DNA of 64,000 nucleotides, taken from NCBI GenBank assembly GCA_036172245.1, contig JAYWIR010000005.1:5642001-5706000 (forward strand), given 5' to 3'. Shown here piece after piece: positions 25,251 through 38,399 of this stretch. A program made the position numbers and the translations under genes. The notes under the pieces are model-generated. The model ran no database searches. It was not told where the DNA came from and saw only the letters and a list, made by a program, of their open reading frames with translations. This stretch comes from Raillietiella orientalis. Taxonomy: Eukaryota. Each line of letters opens with the position of its first letter. The first letter of the stretch is position 1.

Positions 25251-25799
25251 CAAAAACTGAGATTCTCCACTTCTGGTTCCCGTAAGATAAATGAAGATAT
25301 CCGATGCTCTCTACGAGTCGGTCAGAGATTTTGGATTGCTGCTGGAGCTCACCACAACGTATTCACTGTGGATCAGTAGAAACGGTCCAGGATGCTGGGC
25401 GGATTTTCGAAGGTCGTTCTCACTTTGGGTCCGAACGTGGTGCTTCCCGAGAAGGCAATCCTCAGAAGGTCGAGTATTTCCCATCAGAGGAATCGGCACG
25501 TGCAAAAAAAAGTCAGCACATTTCGTTTCTTTTACTGTTTTCCGACTTCCTCGTGACCCGGTAAACGGACTTTAGTGGTACATTCAAGAAAAGGAAAGGT
25601 CGCATCTCTTCTCCCCTCGCATCTGTGGACCTCTCCACAAAACCCGCTGAGTAGAAAGCGATAAACTTCGGGCACAATGGAATCTGTCAAGAAGGCTCCA
25701 TGGTTACGGAGGTTTTCTTCGTTTTTCCGCTCAAAAATGCGCACTGGTCATGCTTCCCTTAGGGGCGACTCTTAGTTTTTACTTATCCCATGGGATGTC

Positions 25800-27141
25800 T
25801 CCTAATGCTCCGCCGCGGATCGTGGCTTAGCTCGACTCTATACCACCAAGGTGGCGGAGTCAGTGCTCTTCGAGGTGCTCCCGATTTCTGTTGCCCACCC
25901 GCTCCAGGAGAGCACGCTGGTTCCTCGGCGACGAAGGGTGCTGGGCTCCCTCGGCATCTGCGGAAAGGGGGAGAGAGTCATGGCGCGGGGACTCGCTTCA
26001 TTGAATCCTCTCGCGGGTCGCCTTCCCCACTGTCCGGAACAGTAAACCCAATTGGACTTCCAATCCCTGGCGTCTCTGTGCTCCAATGCTCGGAGACTCC
26101 CGATTCCTCCACCAAGAAGTGAACCGAGGACGGTGATGGCAATGGTGCGCGATCTTCCGATGACGTAGGTCAGTGGTCAATCCGGTCAGTGGTGCTAGGA
26201 GAGGAACTTCTGCCCACAGTCCTGCCTCCCGGCAACTATTCTTTCCGTCTTGCTTGCAGCCGAGCTCCATCCCTACGGTTCGGTGCTATCTGCGGTTCTT
26301 TCTCAAGAAACACCGGGGCGAACCCTTCCGAAAAAGCTTTCACCTCAACAATGGGACACCCTTTTTTTTACTCTTGAACACCTCCTTTGCACCATTCCTT
26401 TGCCAATAACAACGAAGCCAGAGGCTCAGAGCCTCCCCTCCGGTGGCAACAGATGGCGACAACCTTCCTGCACTGGGGTTTCCCGTGCAGCCAAAGGACA
26501 GGGACACCGGACGAGGGGCAACGTGCCCCCGGACGGCTCCAGGTGCGGAGGCGATCGAAGCTCACCCGCACCCACTTCTGCACTGCGAGTTCTTCCTCAG
26601 AGGATGGCGGCGCATGGCGGCGTCTTTGCCGCATCCGGGAGACTCCTTCGGGCAGCCTTATGCAGCGTTTCTTCTACGCCGCATGGACTCTCGGCCGTGG
26701 CCAGCTGGCGGTGCTGCGCTGCATCCGTGCAGCAGCCTCCAGTAGCCATGCCGTGCAGCACCGGCAGCACCGGACGGCGGGCGTTCGCCGAGCCCCGTTC
26801 ACGCTGGCGAGAGGACCCCTCCCCTTCCCCAAATCGACGGGGACGCTGTCCGGATCGCGGGAAGGCCATAGGAAAGAGCGGAACGGAAACCGGCGATCCT
26901 TCCTTGCCTTTCCCTCCCCATTTCCTGCAGACCAGCAACGTTCATCTCCTCGACTTATCGATTTCTTTTTCCTCCTCCTCCTACCCCTCCTTTTCCCGCT
27001 TTCTCCCTTAACTCTTCCGTGCCGAGCGCACGTTTTGCTTTCCGACCTGCGTGTCGACGTTCCTCGAATCGTGCCCCCAGGCACGTAAACGTATGTTTTT
27101 ATTCGCTTTGAATAAACGTCCCGGAGCGACCGGGTCGAAAA
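25800..27141 (+). mobile_element. L1/Tx1-like LINE 3' portion
   Basis: FLHWGFPC plus eroded CCHC (SRCGG...HPLLHC); clear nucleotide homology to 52370-52812 and 55020-55730; ends AATAAA (27111-27116), then hairpin cccgg-agcga-ccggg, then aaaa. Confidence 0.75.
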
Positions 27142-27899
27142 CAATGAGGAATTTGGGAAGGTGATGGAAGCGATGAAGGCTGTGGAAGTTCTTCTGAGCT
27201 AGAAGTTTCTACGTGTTTCTTAGTTGCTGTTTCGAGTCACCATCCTATGGGAGCACCTACTCCTTTGGGTTTCATTTCGGGATGCCGTCATCTCCAGTCT
27301 GGGAGCATCGGTTCGGCATGAGAACTGTTGCTTGCCGTTCTCCCGGTGCCTCCCGTGCTTGCGAGAAAACGATTAATAGATCTGGTCTCAGGAGGCTTCC
27401 GTGCTGCTAGGTAGTAAAGGAAAGTTATGCGTAAACTGAGAGCTCAGATCTGAGTTCGGTTTCCATCTTCCAGCAGGCAAGGATCGGCGCTCCGTGACTT
27501 CCCTCACGCGAAGAGGAATTTCTTGAATGCTCGTCAGCTTCCTGACGCTTGACGGGCATTTTCTTGTCCCGTTTCCACTAGCGGTGTGCTGTCCTGCCAA
27601 TGGAGCAGATTTGGCGAATATAGTGCGCTGTTCCGTCACGCTCCCATTGCCACGCGTGGGAGGAAGCAGTGTGTGAGCCTTTCTCAGATGGAGCTAGTGA
27701 GAACGCAGTTTCCTTTGGAGTGCATGCTGTTCCAATTGATCCGCTGAAGTGGATCCAAGAGTCTGGTATGAAACGATGCTCCACACTGTGTTATTCTTTG
27801 ATGGAGACTTTCTGAAGAATTAAGGAGACATTAGTGATGATTCTTCCCAATTAATGCACGTATTTAGTGAAGAATGCATGCAGGTGCTACATAAGGAGT

Positions 27900-30300
27900 G
27901 TCGGTTTATCATCATCATCATGAACCCAACGAAACTCCAATTTGTTCTGCTCGTGAAGTGTCTCACAGTAGCACATTTTTCCGCAGCTGCCATTGTCTGA
28001 ATACTGGAAGCTTCGTCAAGATAATATGGGGCGACAACATACTCACAAGATTCATTTGCTCTGGAAGAAATGTACCAAATCGTCAATGAAAGGAAAGGTC
28101 ATGTGGCAGCAAGAAAGTGTTTGTGCAATGGAGTCATACTCGGGCGTTCTAGCCCTCTTCCAGTTGTTATGGGAAGCACAAAACTTATCGTTCCATCATC
28201 TTCTTCCTTCCCGAAATGTTTCTTCTTCGAATCTTCCACACTATTTGCAGATTTTGCGTAATCATTGAATTGTACAGATCGTACATATTTCCCTCTTGAT
28301 ACGTGGTCCAATGCTGGAAAGATTTCGTTCAAACGTGTGAACCGGAACCTTCATGAAATATCTTCTTCCTGGTTGCTAGGGAGAAAAAAAGCCTTCGTGT
28401 TACATCTTCCTTTACATCGACCGTCAAAGTAACTTTGAGGTGAAGTACAATCTGTGCGCTCCCTTTCTTCGTACCCGTGTGTCTACAAAGCCATATCCCC
28501 TATGTCTGTCTTCCAGGTGCACTCTGCTGATCAGAATGCTCATCATCGGAGCATTCATTTGCAGCCTTTTTTTTTTTTATTGAATGAAGAAGCGCGTGGG
28601 TTATTTCATCTCTCGGAAGATGGAATTCCGATAGCAGAAGCTGCCTGTCCGAGGACGATCCATAAAAAGAGCCCAAGAACCAGAGGAATTTCCACATTTC
28701 TTTCGAGAGCCCATTTATCCCTCTCATCAGATTCGCCAAGTATCCAGAGTCTTATGCGGTGGACTCGGAGCACGTGCTGTTCAGCCCGGGGATTCAGATG
28801 ATAAGAATCTTGGTTTTTAGCATGCTGAACTGTAAAGATTCAAATAATTGCTAACAAGATTAATTTTCATTTCCACGAGAAATTACGGCATACGGTGGAA
28901 TAAGCGGGGGAAAGTGCATCTCAGCTTGACCAAGTTCCGTATGGTAAAAACCACGTATGATGGAATACGGGTGGCTCTAAAGGATCGGTTCTAGTGACCC
29001 GAAAAGTTCTGCCCTCCTTTCATGCATTGTGGGGTGCTATTCCTGGAAGTCAGCTCCCTCGGTTCGGATGCGATTCCTTCTCGGATAAATGGATGGTTCT
29101 GCCTGATCATTCCACTCATTCATTAATCAGGGTCCAGATTTGCAGTTGTTCCCTTTCCCCTCTGCTCCATTTACAGGAATTCATGCGTTCGTGCACCTTT
29201 TTTTGATGTTGCTTCGTGTCGCTTTCATGATTCGAAGTAATTTCAATTCTAACTTTAAGACCATCGTTGGCTACTGCCGGGCCGATCTTGATCTGAAAGC
29301 CTTCGGGCAAAGTTTTCATCCATCTCTTCTCTGAGATCGATGCGTTTTGCATCATGAGCAGCAGTACCAACTGCATCGGAATATTCTTTCGGATATGAAC
29401 GAGAACACGCACCCACCCACCCTTTTTTTTTTGGCCTTGTTTCTGAGTCTGGAGGAAACAGATTTCATTGAGAAGAAAGGAAACGCCCTGTCGCCGGCTG
29501 GTTTCATCCTAAGATCCTGGCCGGGTCCAAGACTTCTTCAACACGTGGGCTGCTTTCAAACCAAAGTCAAGAACGTGGTAGTGGTTCGGCCTACGTTGTC
29601 CAAAGCCTCGCGTAAGGTTCTAACCGAAATGCTCAGAACCACCGATCAAAGCTCAAATGAGTGCTGCACACGCACTTCTTACCACGAAACACATGGCAGT
29701 GTGCGCCACGACGCCTTGGTGAAACCTAACCTGAACTACACGATAGTAACAAATACCTTTTGCGACCCATTTCAGCCCCACAGCAACACAGGAGTTCATG
29801 CCCTTGGAAACATCTCTGCTTTGCAAACCGCCAACTGGGAAAACGTTTCCGCGTTTCAGGCAGAAATGTGCAGCGAAATTCGAAACATCTCGCGAGTGGG
29901 CTCCGAAACTGTGAGCTCGAAGAGCTGTTCCGATCGCTTTCCTCATCGCAACAGGAAGCTGAACGCAGTCCAGCTTCTTCATCTTGAAATCTCTCATAGG
30001 GAAGCAAAATCGTGCTTGTTGGACAGCAGGATTTTCCTCGAACGATCCTTTATGGATCCGAGCGTCGCGTCCGCTTCCCAATGTATTTAATCAAAGTATT
30101 CCGTTCTTGCACTGTCTCAATTGGAGCCTCTCTTCCTGACACTGCTCTCATTTCGACCACACTCTCTTGAGGATGTAGTCCCCGGTCGAGCGTCTGGAAG
30201 AGACCTTGCAAAATCCTGTCTAGAAAATGAATAGCTCGAGTTACCCTTTTCCTCTTCCAAGGAACCAATTCTCTACCCAGCGTCCTCACAGCATCACTCT
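27900..30300 (-). pseudogene. SF1/Schlafen-type helicase-like pseudogene
   Basis: Ordered remnants: GVVAHTAMCFVV (TAMC is three single-base changes from TGKS), SFLLNE, GWVRVL, LPEGFQ..LLRIMKATRSNI, TTGRGLERPS (motif V), WYISSRA (motif VI). Confidence 0.55.
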
Positions 30301-32323
30301 CATTGCCAATGAAGCACGCGCCTTGCCTTCCGGAAACTCTAGGAAAGCAAACCGTTAATTAATGAGCGATCTGCTCAAGACTCCCATTTTCGCGAGTGCC
30401 TCCCTTCCGACTGCTACCACGGTTTGTGATGCTTACTTTCCTACAGTGTGTGCAGCCATTTTGGAATCGTGATTCGAGGGGCAAGGGATCCTCTAGCCGA
30501 GGTGGAGCTCCAGAAAATTGACACCAGGCACAAGGAACAGTGGAAGGAGTGAGTTCGGAAAGCAAGCAAGAAAAAGAGCCTTTTAAAACGAATTTTTGGA
30601 ACCGATGGGAAGTGGATCTGTCCCTCTCTTTAAAAGCATCCCTTTCCTTTAACCAAGTATTCACTGGTGGTAGCTGGAATGTAGCCAGAAAGTCGCTGAG
30701 ACATTCCGCATGCTGCTTTCCCTCTTAAGAACGCAGGCAGTAATCCTTTGTGTCCGCAACTTAGAATCCAGCTTCCAGTAAGTAGGACACTCCTGTGACG
30801 TTCTTCGATGAGCTTTTCGTTTGCTCGTTGCAACTTTAGAAAACGATTCTTTGCGATGAGGACGCAATTCTCTTCCGCGCATGTTTTCATCTGTGAAAAA
30901 TTGAATTAGCAACTTTGCCGGCGCAACAGAATTAGTTCTTGTATCCAGCAATTACTTTTTGTGATTAGTAATCCCGAAGCTTTCTCATAGCACCAGCTCG
31001 GTGTTCCCACGGCCTTTTACATCCACCAGAGGTGCTCGTTTTGAGGTTGGTTACTAATTGCATTCATGATATCTTTGATTTATTTCTTCCCTGATATTCT
31101 GCATCGCATTCTCTGCACAGTCTCTGGAGATACTCCTTTGGTCTTTCTCCCTGGAGCTTTCACCATCATCTCGAGTTTTTTTGTTCGTGACATTTTCGAG
31201 ACAATTCTCACCATTCTTGGGCAATGATTCCCTACGTGGATGGACATCCTCACCGTTCCGTACACAGTGGTATTCCCAGTACTTTGATTTCTCTAATGCT
31301 GATTCCTTTGATCGCGCAAGTAGGTGGAAATGGGATTTATGGGATCAATCTCGAAGATCGCATTGACGATCCTTTACATGTTCCAGAATTCTCCCTGTTT
31401 TTTTTTTTTTTTTTAATAAAGGCATTGCATCCAATTTTTTATTACATCCAGTACTCATACTGACCTTATTATATTACGTGTTTGATAATCTCCATTTCTT
31501 CCACAATAGAAGATGAGTTTATGGTTTTCCTAGATCATCATGGAAGTCTTGTGCCTGTGGAAGCAAGTGAATGGAGTCCTTGATGATGCTGATTTCCAGT
31601 TTTCTATTTCCCTAATCGTTGACCCGGCAATATTTGGGCAGCCCAAATCTATCAACGATTCTTGACGACCACTCTGAGCATTCAGCGATCAAAAAGTGAG
31701 TCAGAAAGATGCTCATTCAACCGTGAAAGGGGTGAAGGCATGAGAACATCAGAATTACTCCCACAGCCTGGTTGCGTGCATGACATTTGTTCTCATGAGA
31801 GCACCGGAAACCTCTCGAGTCCTACTGTGCTCTGGAGCAGTAGCACATGAGCGAGAATTCAATTAGGGACGAGCTATTGTGAGACCTCGTTCTTCGAAGC
31901 TCTCAGAGCCAAAACAAGAAAAGCAGAATTCTGCAGCGATGGATGACCTTCTCATCATCTGGTTATGCCTATAGCAGCCGACCCCCCAAGGGTTATTTTA
32001 ACGTAGTTCCTCACTTGTTTTGAAACCACATTATACGACCTGAGAAATGGAAATGGCTCTCAGGAGATTCTTAATGAATCCATTGTTTACAGCTAAGGTT
32101 TCTTCATTCTTCCTCTTATTTCTTTCCAATACACAGGACCAAGAATAGTTTGATCATTAACTGTTTCAGCCTGGGATACGCATTAACCTACTACCTGGTG
32201 ATATCAAAATTTCGAAATGAAATTTATACAGAGCTTCTCATTGTGTTCAGATGTCACCTCCATGACCCATCTCTGTGTTTCGGACGCCTGACCTTACATA
32301 GGCAGTGCCGGGGTGTTGTGGCG

Positions 32324-32391
32324 GATTTTGAATTCGAAGTCTGGAGACGATTGCCTTATGAGTTCAGAGACTCTTCGTGCACTCTGAGAAT
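32324..32391 (+). repeat. 68-bp direct repeat, left copy (candidate long target-site duplication)
   Basis: 62/68 identical to 33899-33966, no gaps. Confidence 0.9.
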
Positions 32392-33898
32392 CTTTATCTA
32401 GCATTTTGGATTAATACAAAAATTGCTGCTGGGATGGCTCTGGAGCATCTTTCGCGAATGATGTTTCCTCCGTGTTCTTCACGGTTTCTCGGTGCTCTCT
32501 TCCGGGCTGAGAGCATTGTCCAGGTCATCTGGTTGGGCTGCAACCTTTTTCCTTCTGACCTGTGCTGCATAGATGCTACTTGAGAAGCGGATCCAGGTGG
32601 CTACCATCCGCTGTCGTAGCCTGATCGGCTTCTTCTTCGGAATTCCTAGGTATTGTAGAACGTTGTCGTTTTCAGGATCCCATGCTCCAGGCGAGCCGAC
32701 GATGATCGCCTGCACTTTGGTTATTTTCCCAGTGTTTCCGAGTTGCATGGGGACATCATGGTATTTGGCCTCCTTTGTTTTCCTCTATGTGGTGAACGCC
32801 TCCTTTCCGTTTTCAAATGGGCAGGAGATGTCCAGCACACCTATTCGATCGCTTTTCTCTAAAACCAGGTCTGGTTTTAGGGTGGAGGTGGTTCCTGGCA
32901 CTCTGCGATTACTTGATACCAGAGTCCACTTGGCTTCATCCGTTGCGGCCTTCTTGATCATTTCCAGGATAGCATCATGGCGCTGCATCGTCAGAGGCGC
33001 GTGCTTTTTGCATCTGTTGAGCACGTGTGATAAAGTCTCGTCCTCTGTTCCGCAACGCCGACATATGAACGTTGTCATGGACCTTCTTCGATTTAGTGGC
33101 AGAAGGTTCAGTCTTGCCGCATGGATGAAGCTGTAGTCTCGGTATCTTAGGTGGATTCCGTTTGTCTGGAAGAAGCTTGAAGAGTGATGCACGACCTTCC
33201 ACACACTGCATGGCCTTCCCTTGACTAACGTGGTTTTCAATGAGGGATTGCCATGCGTGTTCTCGCTGCAATGCTCTTACGCCGGAGGCGAGCCGTCTTC
33301 TTGCACTGCTGGTGAAGAGTGTTCCGTCCACCGTGGTACTGGGTTCTCCTTGTCGAAACTCCCAGAGGGCTTCTGTTCTTCTAGAGGTCTCCCTGCCTTT
33401 CGACCAGAGGCTCTCAATATCCCATCCGGGCTTTGTGATCTTCTTGTCCGTCGTGAATTCCCCGAGATTCTCATCTGTCGGGGCTTTTTGTATCCGTGTT
33501 TGGACGATTTCATGCAGGGTTGTTTTTGCAAGTTCACTTACTGCTTTGTCTGCCGACGTAAGTAGTTTGAAGCAGCTGTCCACGATGAAGGTATCGGACT
33601 CTTCAGCTAGCTTCATTAGTCCTCTCCTATCGGACTCTTCTTCATTAGTCCTAGGCAGCCTTTCGTTCTGTCTCCGTACAGATACTCGTTTGCTACCCAG
33701 GATGGTAGGTGAAGGGCCTTCTTCAACTTCTTCCTTAGCTGCTCGTCGACATACTGCCATTCCTCCTTCCGGTGAGCTATCAGCCTCTCGTAATGAACCA
33801 GGCTGGGATCGAAGAAGGTTTTCATTGCGTCCATCTTCTGCCATCCTGAGAGTTGACTCTCAAGTATGGCTTTCACTTTCTGGCAGATGTCTTCTGGA
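32392..33898 (-). mobile_element. 5'-truncated Utopia/NeSL-like RLE non-LTR retrotransposon (pseudogenised)
   Basis: ILESQLSGWQKMDAMKTFF..ANEYLYG..GCLG, QGKAM, FIHAARLNLLPLN, CCHC knuckle CRRCGTEDETLSHVLNRC, RHD, KPDLVL..VLDISCPFENG, KEAKY, VGSPGAWDPEN; several frameshifts and stops. Confidence 0.92.
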
Positions 33899-33966
33899 GA
33901 TTTTGAATTTGAAGGCTGGAGACAATTGCTTTACGAGTTCAGAAACTCTTCGTGCACTCTGAGAAT
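33899..33966 (+). repeat. 68-bp direct repeat, right copy (candidate long target-site duplication)
   Basis: Abuts the 5' truncation point of the RLE element; matches 32324-32391. Confidence 0.9.
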
Positions 33967-34689
33967 TAACAAACTTATCAAGTAACTTGCATTGCAGAAT
34001 CCTAAAGAGGCAAAGCTAATGGAGCAGATTCGTCGTGAGCTCGACTGACGGATCATTGGCGATGGTGTGCGTGTGGATTTCACAGCATCCTATTGCTCGA
34101 ACACGAAATAGCAAGAGAAGGAAACTTTTCACGCGTTCATTAAGTGGATTTTTGAGGAACTCTTCCACAGAGCTGCACTTGAGTTATCTCTGTGAAGAAG
34201 TGTCAAATTGCGACACACTGTGGTCGCGGAGCTGCTCGAAACCCAGACGAAGAATTCCTCGGGAGATCACGCTTTCCAGGAAAGCATCAAATAGCCATTC
34301 AGATCTTCCAAAATCTTCATACTCAACAGCTCTTCATAGTTCATTGATTGATTTCGGCTACTACACACTCGGACTGTGTTCACTTCAGGTGCACTCGAGA
34401 GCATGCCAGATCATGCTTACCTTCTTCAGCAGTTTCTTGGAGTCTGGAACCTGAAGTCTTATTCTCTCACGGAAGCAGATTCCTGCAAGAAGTCTTCCTG
34501 AAAGTGCTCGTTAATCCAGTTCAGTAGATGAGCTACATGTTGAGGAATGCGACCTGGGAGCGCTGTCGGTGCCACTGCAGTAAGTGCCGGATTGGAAGTG
34601 GTAGGTGATCCACGGAAGAGCGAATCTGAAACTTTCTGAAGGGAGCTTGTGCGCAAGTAGTAGCTAGCATTGCGAATGCGTTCCTTGCT

Positions 34690-36620
34690 CGGGTCCACGA
34701 GAAGAAACGCACCACGATTATCGTGCAGATGAGGTTTCCTTCCTGCTTTCCATTTCTTTCTCGTTGGTTTGAAATACTATGGAGTCACGAGTTCGTAAAC
34801 GGTCCCCGATGGTGTATATGGAAGGAGGGGCAAGCGAGGAAACAGAAACAACTCTTTGAAAAGGAAATTCTCGTTCAAACGTTTCCCAGCTTCCTGAGAC
34901 TAAAATAATTAAGACGTGCGTATCCATTCGTTTGTTTACCAAAGACCGAAACAGTGCTACGAAAACAGGTAGGCATGTCTTTCTTTTGGTGGTTTCTTAC
35001 CCTTGGTGCAGAGTTCTTTGCAGCACCACAGGCTGTGGCACTCTCCGGCACACAAACACAGAAAGTGTTTCGTTCAAAGGAAGCTCAAATAAACCCGGAA
35101 TCCAAGTGTCCATTTGGTTGCTCATCTTCTCGCTAGATGTCCCCCTGAGTCTAGAGCCTCTTGAAGAGATGGAGGATACGAACAGGTATCTATCCGCTGC
35201 ATCCTCCCAAGGTACCGGTTATCTCTCGCCCTTGTTTTAAAGGCGCATCTTCTCTTGAATTTGTTATGTCTGAGAAACACGACATGTGATTCCCTCACGA
35301 TTCCGAGTTCCTTGGGCAATTGAGATGAAATTATCAGGGAACGGTGAGAATGCGTTTCTCAACGAAAGATTCGATTGCTTATTTCTTTCCCGTGATGACT
35401 CAGAAATCTTGTGGAAATCTCAGGCGCCTGGATGCAGCACTTGGAAAGCCCGCGAGCAAGGAAAACGCAAAATTCTCTGCTTCGTTCGGAGACGAGAAAC
35501 GAGAACGGTTTGCATGGTGACGGTTACTCGGTTTCTCGAGAACATTCGGAACGAAAATCCCCACAGGTCATCACAGAAAGCGAAATCCGATGTAGAATGT
35601 TAGTCATCTGTATCAAGGAAAAAGACCGAAAGCCATGTAATTAATTCCAAAATTACACTCCAGGACCGTTAATAGGAATTCGGGGATGAGATTTAATCAC
35701 ATGGCACGGGAAAGCAGCACGAAAAACTCAGGCGAGGAAGCAAATGCTGCTTGTGTCTTTCTGTGTTTCTGCTCCTCTGTCCACTGAAACTCTCTCGGAT
35801 GCCAATTAACGCGAGGTTCTGTTTGGGTGGCGGTTTTTCCTGTGGGACAGAAACTCTCCGAGGTCGTGCTGAAGATTTTACGACGGACTTTCCTTTCCTT
35901 GTTCTGCGGCTCCGTGGCGCAATCGCTCAAATTAACCTCATGGAACTCATCTTGCAAAGTAGGGTCGCGTTTTGCAATCCGCGAGATCGCTTTCTGGATG
36001 ATCTTCATTTATTCGGTTCGTCCGTACACCGCGCAGGACTCTCGCATAAATCATGGGGGATGCTGGATTGTATTTTAGAGGAACTGTTGCAAACTCAAGC
36101 CGCAGACTGTCATTACGATCGTCCTAAAAGATGCACGCGGTTCAAAAGCATTTGCAGATTAACCAATATCCTTCATGAAAATGAATGAAATGAGCAAAAC
36201 GTGGACCATAAATCAACAGTGTTTATGGTGCGTGTTGGGGACACCGAAACAGAAAGGCGCAGTGTGCAAACTTCAGAGATAAGCACAAAAGCCTAAGCTC
36301 CTAAAGAATTTCAGCCCGTAAGTCTTCCTAGGCGATCTCTCGAGGGATGTGCGAGAGACCGGGAAAGGTGAAAGAATTGTATTCCGGGAGGAACTGGAAG
36401 AACCCTTTGAAATGGTGAGCAAGACGACCCTGTGATCCGATGGAGATCTGTGCACACTCTAGGAAGAGTCGGAGATCATACAGCAAAAGCAAAGGATGGT
36501 TCCTGAGCAATCTGCCGTGGCTTCGTCGCATCCTAATTGGCTCTGCTTCGAGAGCAGGACTTCCTCCTCGTATCCTGATGAGCACAGAGGCGTCAAAGAC
36601 AATCCAGTTTCCCCATTCGC
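34690..36620 (-). pseudogene. NERD-like plus helicase-like pseudogene
   Basis: GSPALEAE...LLRNHPLLLLYDL, DHRVVLLTISKG, FQWTEEQK..FVLLS, ELGIVRESHVVFLRHN and WCVSSRG, in family order. Confidence 0.45.
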
Positions 36621-37249
36621 TCTCAGGTTATCAGTGGCGTACTTTAAGTGACTTCACTGTCAAGTGCTGAAAGCCTCGCAGCTCCCTTTTTCTGCCGTTT
36701 CTCCTGGATGCTCCTCGGTAGGGCTTGACGATAAGCCGCAGCACGTTTGCTGAGGTGCAAGCAGAGGCTGCTCTCGAAAGTGTCACCAAATCCTAGGAAT
36801 GCCGGTCATCGATCCTCACGTGAAGCGAGGATGAAATGCAGGCAGAGACGAGTCAGAAGGCTGCCGGAATGGACGGACCACGGGAATTCTGAAACTGGCA
36901 AGTAGCACAGCAACATTAGAGGAGTCCTCCAGAAGCATCCTAGTCGGGCAGTTCCTCAGTGCTCAACCGTTTCAGAGCTGCATTCACGGACAACATCTTT
37001 CAGGGAAGGTGACTTTTGATACACGGAGTGATGAGAGGTGAAGGGTGAATTTTAAAGTGTAGCTGCGGGCACAAGGGGATGCACATCCGGTAACGGATGA
37101 GGTCTTTACATTAGCCTCGCATTACATTTCGACAGGACCCTACAAAACACGTGTAAATATTTATGCGTGCACTGCACTCGTGTTTGTGCTGGTTACTTCC
37201 TTACGGCTGTTCCGAGAGTCTCTGTAGCTTCTCTGATGTCCAACTCAGA

Positions 37250-37620
37250 TTGTTTCTTTGTCCTCGAAACGAGACCTTAGCCGATTCGGATTGCTGTGAT
37301 CCACGCTGCCGAAGGGTGTTCTTCCAAGGTGTTTCGGACCGATTCGCATGAACAGCTTGGCAGCAGCGTCCCTTCAGCAGCAAACAAACCAGCGTCCCTT
37401 CCATCAAAGCTTCATCGTGAGAAGATTACAAGACACGAATCTTCGCTTCTCGTGGTTCTCGAACTCTCACAGTGGCACCCCTGGAGCTTAGCAAAGATCG
37501 GATGGCTCCTGGAATCTGTGGGGGCGAAAAAGTCCAGTTTTTCCCCTTCTTTCGGATCAGCGCATGTGGGTCCCTATATGCTGGCGTGCTCGAAGTATCC
37601 AAAAGCAGTTGCGCACGAAA
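37250..37620 (-). pseudogene. Possible caspase-like remnant
   Basis: HALIRKKGKNWTF...IRSLLSSRGATVRV..., SCLVIFS and LKG..KLFM follow the caspase p20 layout; no intact SHG or QACRG. Confidence 0.3.
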
Positions 37621-38399
37621 CTGCAGGTAGGCAGGCCTGCGGCGTTTTGAGAGCTGTAATCCGCTCCGCATCATTCGGTGATCTAGGAAACGCGACGGGA
37701 ACTGCAGTTTCCTTAAGTTCCGGAACGGGGATCACGGCGAAGGAGAGGAGCAAAAGAGATCATGACTAGCACGTGGATTTGTGAGGGATGGAGGCGTTCA
37801 AGAGACCCTCATGGGGCTGCCATGTTTCGGACTTCGGTCTACCTACCTCTGCTGCGAAGCAAACCGAATCTCAGGTGTTTCCCCTGGCATGGACTTGGAA
37901 GCATTTCGCCCCGGGATTGGCTCCAAGGATCCATCTAAGCTCCCTTCCCACGGAATCCGTTGACAGTTCGGCTCAACCGCGGAAGGGAGGGGGGGTCGTC
38001 GTCTCGAAGAGCAGGAAGACTCAAAATGCTTTGACCGAGTTTCTCCCGAAAATGCACATCCAGAAAGAGTCCCATGTTGACCTCAATGAGCGAGTCGTTT
38101 CTACGGGGATTCAGTTCGATCGCCGCAAGCAATGGAGGACTGCGAGGCTGTTAATAACCAGAATCATGAAGATGAAAGAAATCAAAGAAGAACTTGGGTC
38201 TGGAAAATCGTTGGCCGCCTAGGAGGTTACCCTCGAGGGAACTTGAGGAAGTTTCCCCATCCCACTGCATCCGGACCACTTATTTACATGAGATGAATTG
38301 GGACGCATGAAAGAATCAAAACTTTGTTAATTCAGTCTGTAAGGGAAGGGGAAGGAGGGGATACTAGAGAAAGAGGACAGGGGGGGAAAGTGATAATTA

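Larger units (their letters stand above)
31800..34600 (-). pseudogene. Helicase-like pseudogene interrupted by the RLE retrotransposon
   Basis: HFFTE and LGFCNASYL..ILR/SARRVSEL upstream of the insertion; TILGPVYW and CYCSRAQ downstream. Confidence 0.45.

Noticed and set aside
28695..28740. Minus-strand CTGATGA-stem-GAAA hammerhead core
   Set aside because: Stems I and III cannot be formed; it lies inside a decayed coding region and is probably chance.
29347..30090. 247-aa plus-strand ORF
   Set aside because: No recognisable domain; it is antisense to the helicase-like pseudogene motifs.
33240..33962. 240-aa plus-strand ORF
   Set aside because: Antisense shadow of the RLE retrotransposon coding region.
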